Shown piece after piece: positions 61,901 through 64,000 of a stretch of 64,000 nucleotides of DNA. The notes under the pieces were generated by a model. That model had not been told where the DNA came from, made no database searches, and worked only from the letters and a program-made list of their open reading frames with translations. The position numbers and the translations under genes were made by a program. Every line of letters begins with the position of its first letter. Within the stretch, counting starts at the first letter, position 1. The stretch covers positions 248,001 to 312,000 of the forward strand of contig NW_026931375.1 in NCBI RefSeq assembly GCF_032062105.1, read 5' to 3'. The DNA is from Saccostrea cucullata. Its lineage: Eukaryota.

Positions 61901-64000
61901 TTTATAAAGTTTAAAAGTTAACTTACTTGATTTTATTTAAATATTCATATAAAATAATTCTTTAATGCCTTCAGCCCTTGGGCTGATATAGGGTCACTCG
62001 GGCTGATATGACATATGATATAGATTTTAGTATGTAATATTCTCTATATAAAGTTAGATTTGCTTTATTTTTACTTAAGTGAGATTTGCTTTACGTTTAC
62101 ACTATGTCTGATTTTTTTTTTTACACTAAGTCAGATTTGTTCTACTTGATTTCCTGATTTCTCAAATATAGTTGAGTGTACATGAGTACAGGTAGTAATT
62201 GACACTTAGACCTTTTCATGAATTGAATAACTAAGATCAATACAAACATTTATATCTTGAGTTCCAAATAGCTGAAAGCTTAGATAAGGATTTTATCCAT
62301 TGGGATCTTTAGTATTCATTATGTAGGCAATGATGTGTCAGATTGGCAGTTACTTTTCCTTAATTTACCCATATTACTACATGGTTTGGAAAGCCTGAAA
62401 GATTATCTCCCCTACAGTGTGCTAAGTATGGCTGGAGAAACACAGAATCAGACATGCTGCAGTGTGGTGTATGCCGTGCAGTGATCTGTGCCACATTACC
62501 TTTCAACTTTGACCCCAAAATCTGTAAGTTCATGTCAGGTTATATCATTTACATGTACTTAACAATTTTAATTTTAGAAAGTTAGAACTAGTTGTAAGGT
62601 GTTTGTTTTCCTCTTGCTGTATTTTTAACCTAGATAGATTCATTTTCTACTTTATGGTTCTTGAGTACAATATTTTCTTTATTCTGTATATGAACATATT
62701 TTATGAATTCTTTTTCAGATAAAACATGTGTTAAAAATTTAATGGACAAATTGAAGTCTGGCCATGAACAGGCTTGTAAATGGAGGTCAAACCCTACTCC
62801 AGGTAAGACATGAGAATTATCACAGACAGTATGCACTTAAAACATTTATAAAGAATTTATCAGTAACTTTATTCGTATACTGTGAAACTTTAAAATATAC
62901 AGTAAAACTCGGTTATAACAAAGTCGCTGGGACCTATGAAATTACCGTACTTCGCTATATCCGTGTAAGGAATTCGTTAAATTTATGAAATGGGGGATCG
63001 AAAGATAACTTTGATATATCAGTAAATTGGCAATATCCATGTTCGTACTAAACAAATTTTATTGTAATTATGTAATGTATTAAAGTATTACGTTACAGAT
63101 TCTGTACTTCAAATTCCCATGGACAATAAAGAAGAGGTCATTAAAGAATTCAACAAGAGACTACAAAGCCTACTGCCTTGTAGAAGTAAACTTCCTTACA
63201 TCAACATGGCAACCATAGAGGCTAAGGTATAAACAGAATATAGGTCAGGAAAATAGAAAGTAGTGGATCATTTTCATAGATTGGAACAGAAAATATCACA
63301 TTATCATCATACTACATATATCATTATAAATATGTTTGTTAATATATTTGTTAACTTAATTGTATCTTTTGAAATGTAAAAATTTCCATAGTTCCCATAT
63401 ATTACCAGGTAGTCTGTTTTATATTCATAATTTTACTTTGTTGCAGGGAGTTACAGATGCAGAGTTGACAACACTTGCTGAGAACTTGATGAATTCTGCC
63501 ATTAACAAAGGAGTAGATGATCGGGAACTCATGAGAAAAGCTGCTGTTATCTCACTTTGTGGTTGGAAAATCAGGTATACAAGTATTACACACTCTGAAA
63601 ATCACTCAGTGATGATTTTAATCATAACTCATTTGATTCAATAAGTTTCTTTTTTAAATTATAGACTAGTAATTGAAGCATTACAAGTAATGATCAGTAA
63701 TATTACTGATGTGTTTAACAGGTCAGACGATGTGGAGGACATCTTGTCCTGTGACTTCTGTAGGAGAAACATTGGGTTGTGGAATTATAAATCTCCACAT
63801 TGGCACCAGACTCATGTCATGGCAGAGCAAGACACCACAGAAGGTTTAGATCAGACAGAAACTATAGAAAGAGTTACACAGATTGAGAAAAACTTTGAAG
63901 AAGTGCAAGACAGCATAGAATCTGTAGAAAGAGTTACAGAGATTGACAAAAGCTCAGAAAATGTGCAAGACAGAGTAGAAACAGTAGAAAGAGTTACAGA
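58982..64000 (+). CDS. ZC3HC1: ZC3HC1/NIPA (zf-C3HC nuclear-basket protein), 3'-truncated by the window
   Basis: Exons 58982-59016, 61475-61613, 62373-62523, 62719-62802, 63099-63226, 63447-63574, 63722->64000. Diagnostic segments AFFQRVQTFS..WFGKPERLSPLQCAKYGW, CGVC...GHEQACKW, ISLCGW and LSCDFCRRNIGLW. Confidence 0.9.
60686..61025 (+). mobile_element. Decayed fragment of the 156-bp-core HINE family
   Basis: GCTACTCCTCCTACAGTTTT...ATATAACTTGGCACACAAGTAGACTACA and ATCGGTTTTTGATTTCGATGAAC match the 14266-15209 core; no termini seen. Confidence 0.7.
61614..62372 (+). other. ZC3HC1: U12-type (minor spliceosome) intron of ZC3HC1 with apparent GT-AT termini
   Basis: 5' site GTATCCTT (61614-21); U12 branch site TTTTCCTTAAT (62354-64); no AG between the branch site and the resumed coding frame; in-frame junction at ...CCCAT|ATTACTACATGG. 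Confidence 0.75.
62900..63064. mobile_element. Short decayed Tc1/mariner-type MITE
   Basis: TA|CAGTAAAACTCGGTTATAAC ... AAATTTTATTG|TA. Similar decayed copies at ~10256-10407, ~12707-12844 and ~30052-30220. Confidence 0.55.

Noticed and set aside
1-64000. tRNA, rRNA, autonomous transposase/reverse transcriptase or prokaryotic systems
   Set aside because: None recognisable by eye; a covariance-model or HMM scan would be needed to exclude small or decayed ones.

Overview
AT-rich, intron-rich animal genomic DNA, most likely an oyster-type bivalve (inferred from Helentron-associated elements carrying a 166-bp Cg170/HindIII-like satellite and a 156-bp pearl/CvA-like core). Four spliced genes were reconstructed by hand. 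(1) The 3' part of a kinesin-4 KIF21 gene (+, <118-38529): end of motor domain, coiled-coil stalk and WD40 tail. (2) An uncharacterised ~446-aa gene nested antisense in one KIF21 intron (-, 25072-30497). (3) An ankyrin-repeat gene whose introns are all phase 0 (+, ~45586-55917). (4) The 5' part of ZC3HC1/NIPA (+, 58982->64000). Introns hold at least six HINE-type elements with internal satellite arrays, two hAT-type elements with 8-bp TSDs, several TA-flanked Tc1/mariner-type MITEs and a 38-bp minisatellite. Most notable: a phase-consistent cluster of candidate alternative micro-exons in KIF21, including a stop-containing exon that would replace the WD40 tail with a hydrophobic tail anchor; two alternative last exons that each finish the last WD40 repeat; a duplicated 93-nt exon pair in the ankyrin gene with intronic complementarity; a U12-type intron with apparent GT-AT ends in ZC3HC1; and a strong excess of TACATGTA octamers resembling Tc1/mariner excision footprints. 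All exon models are manual and lack transcript support.
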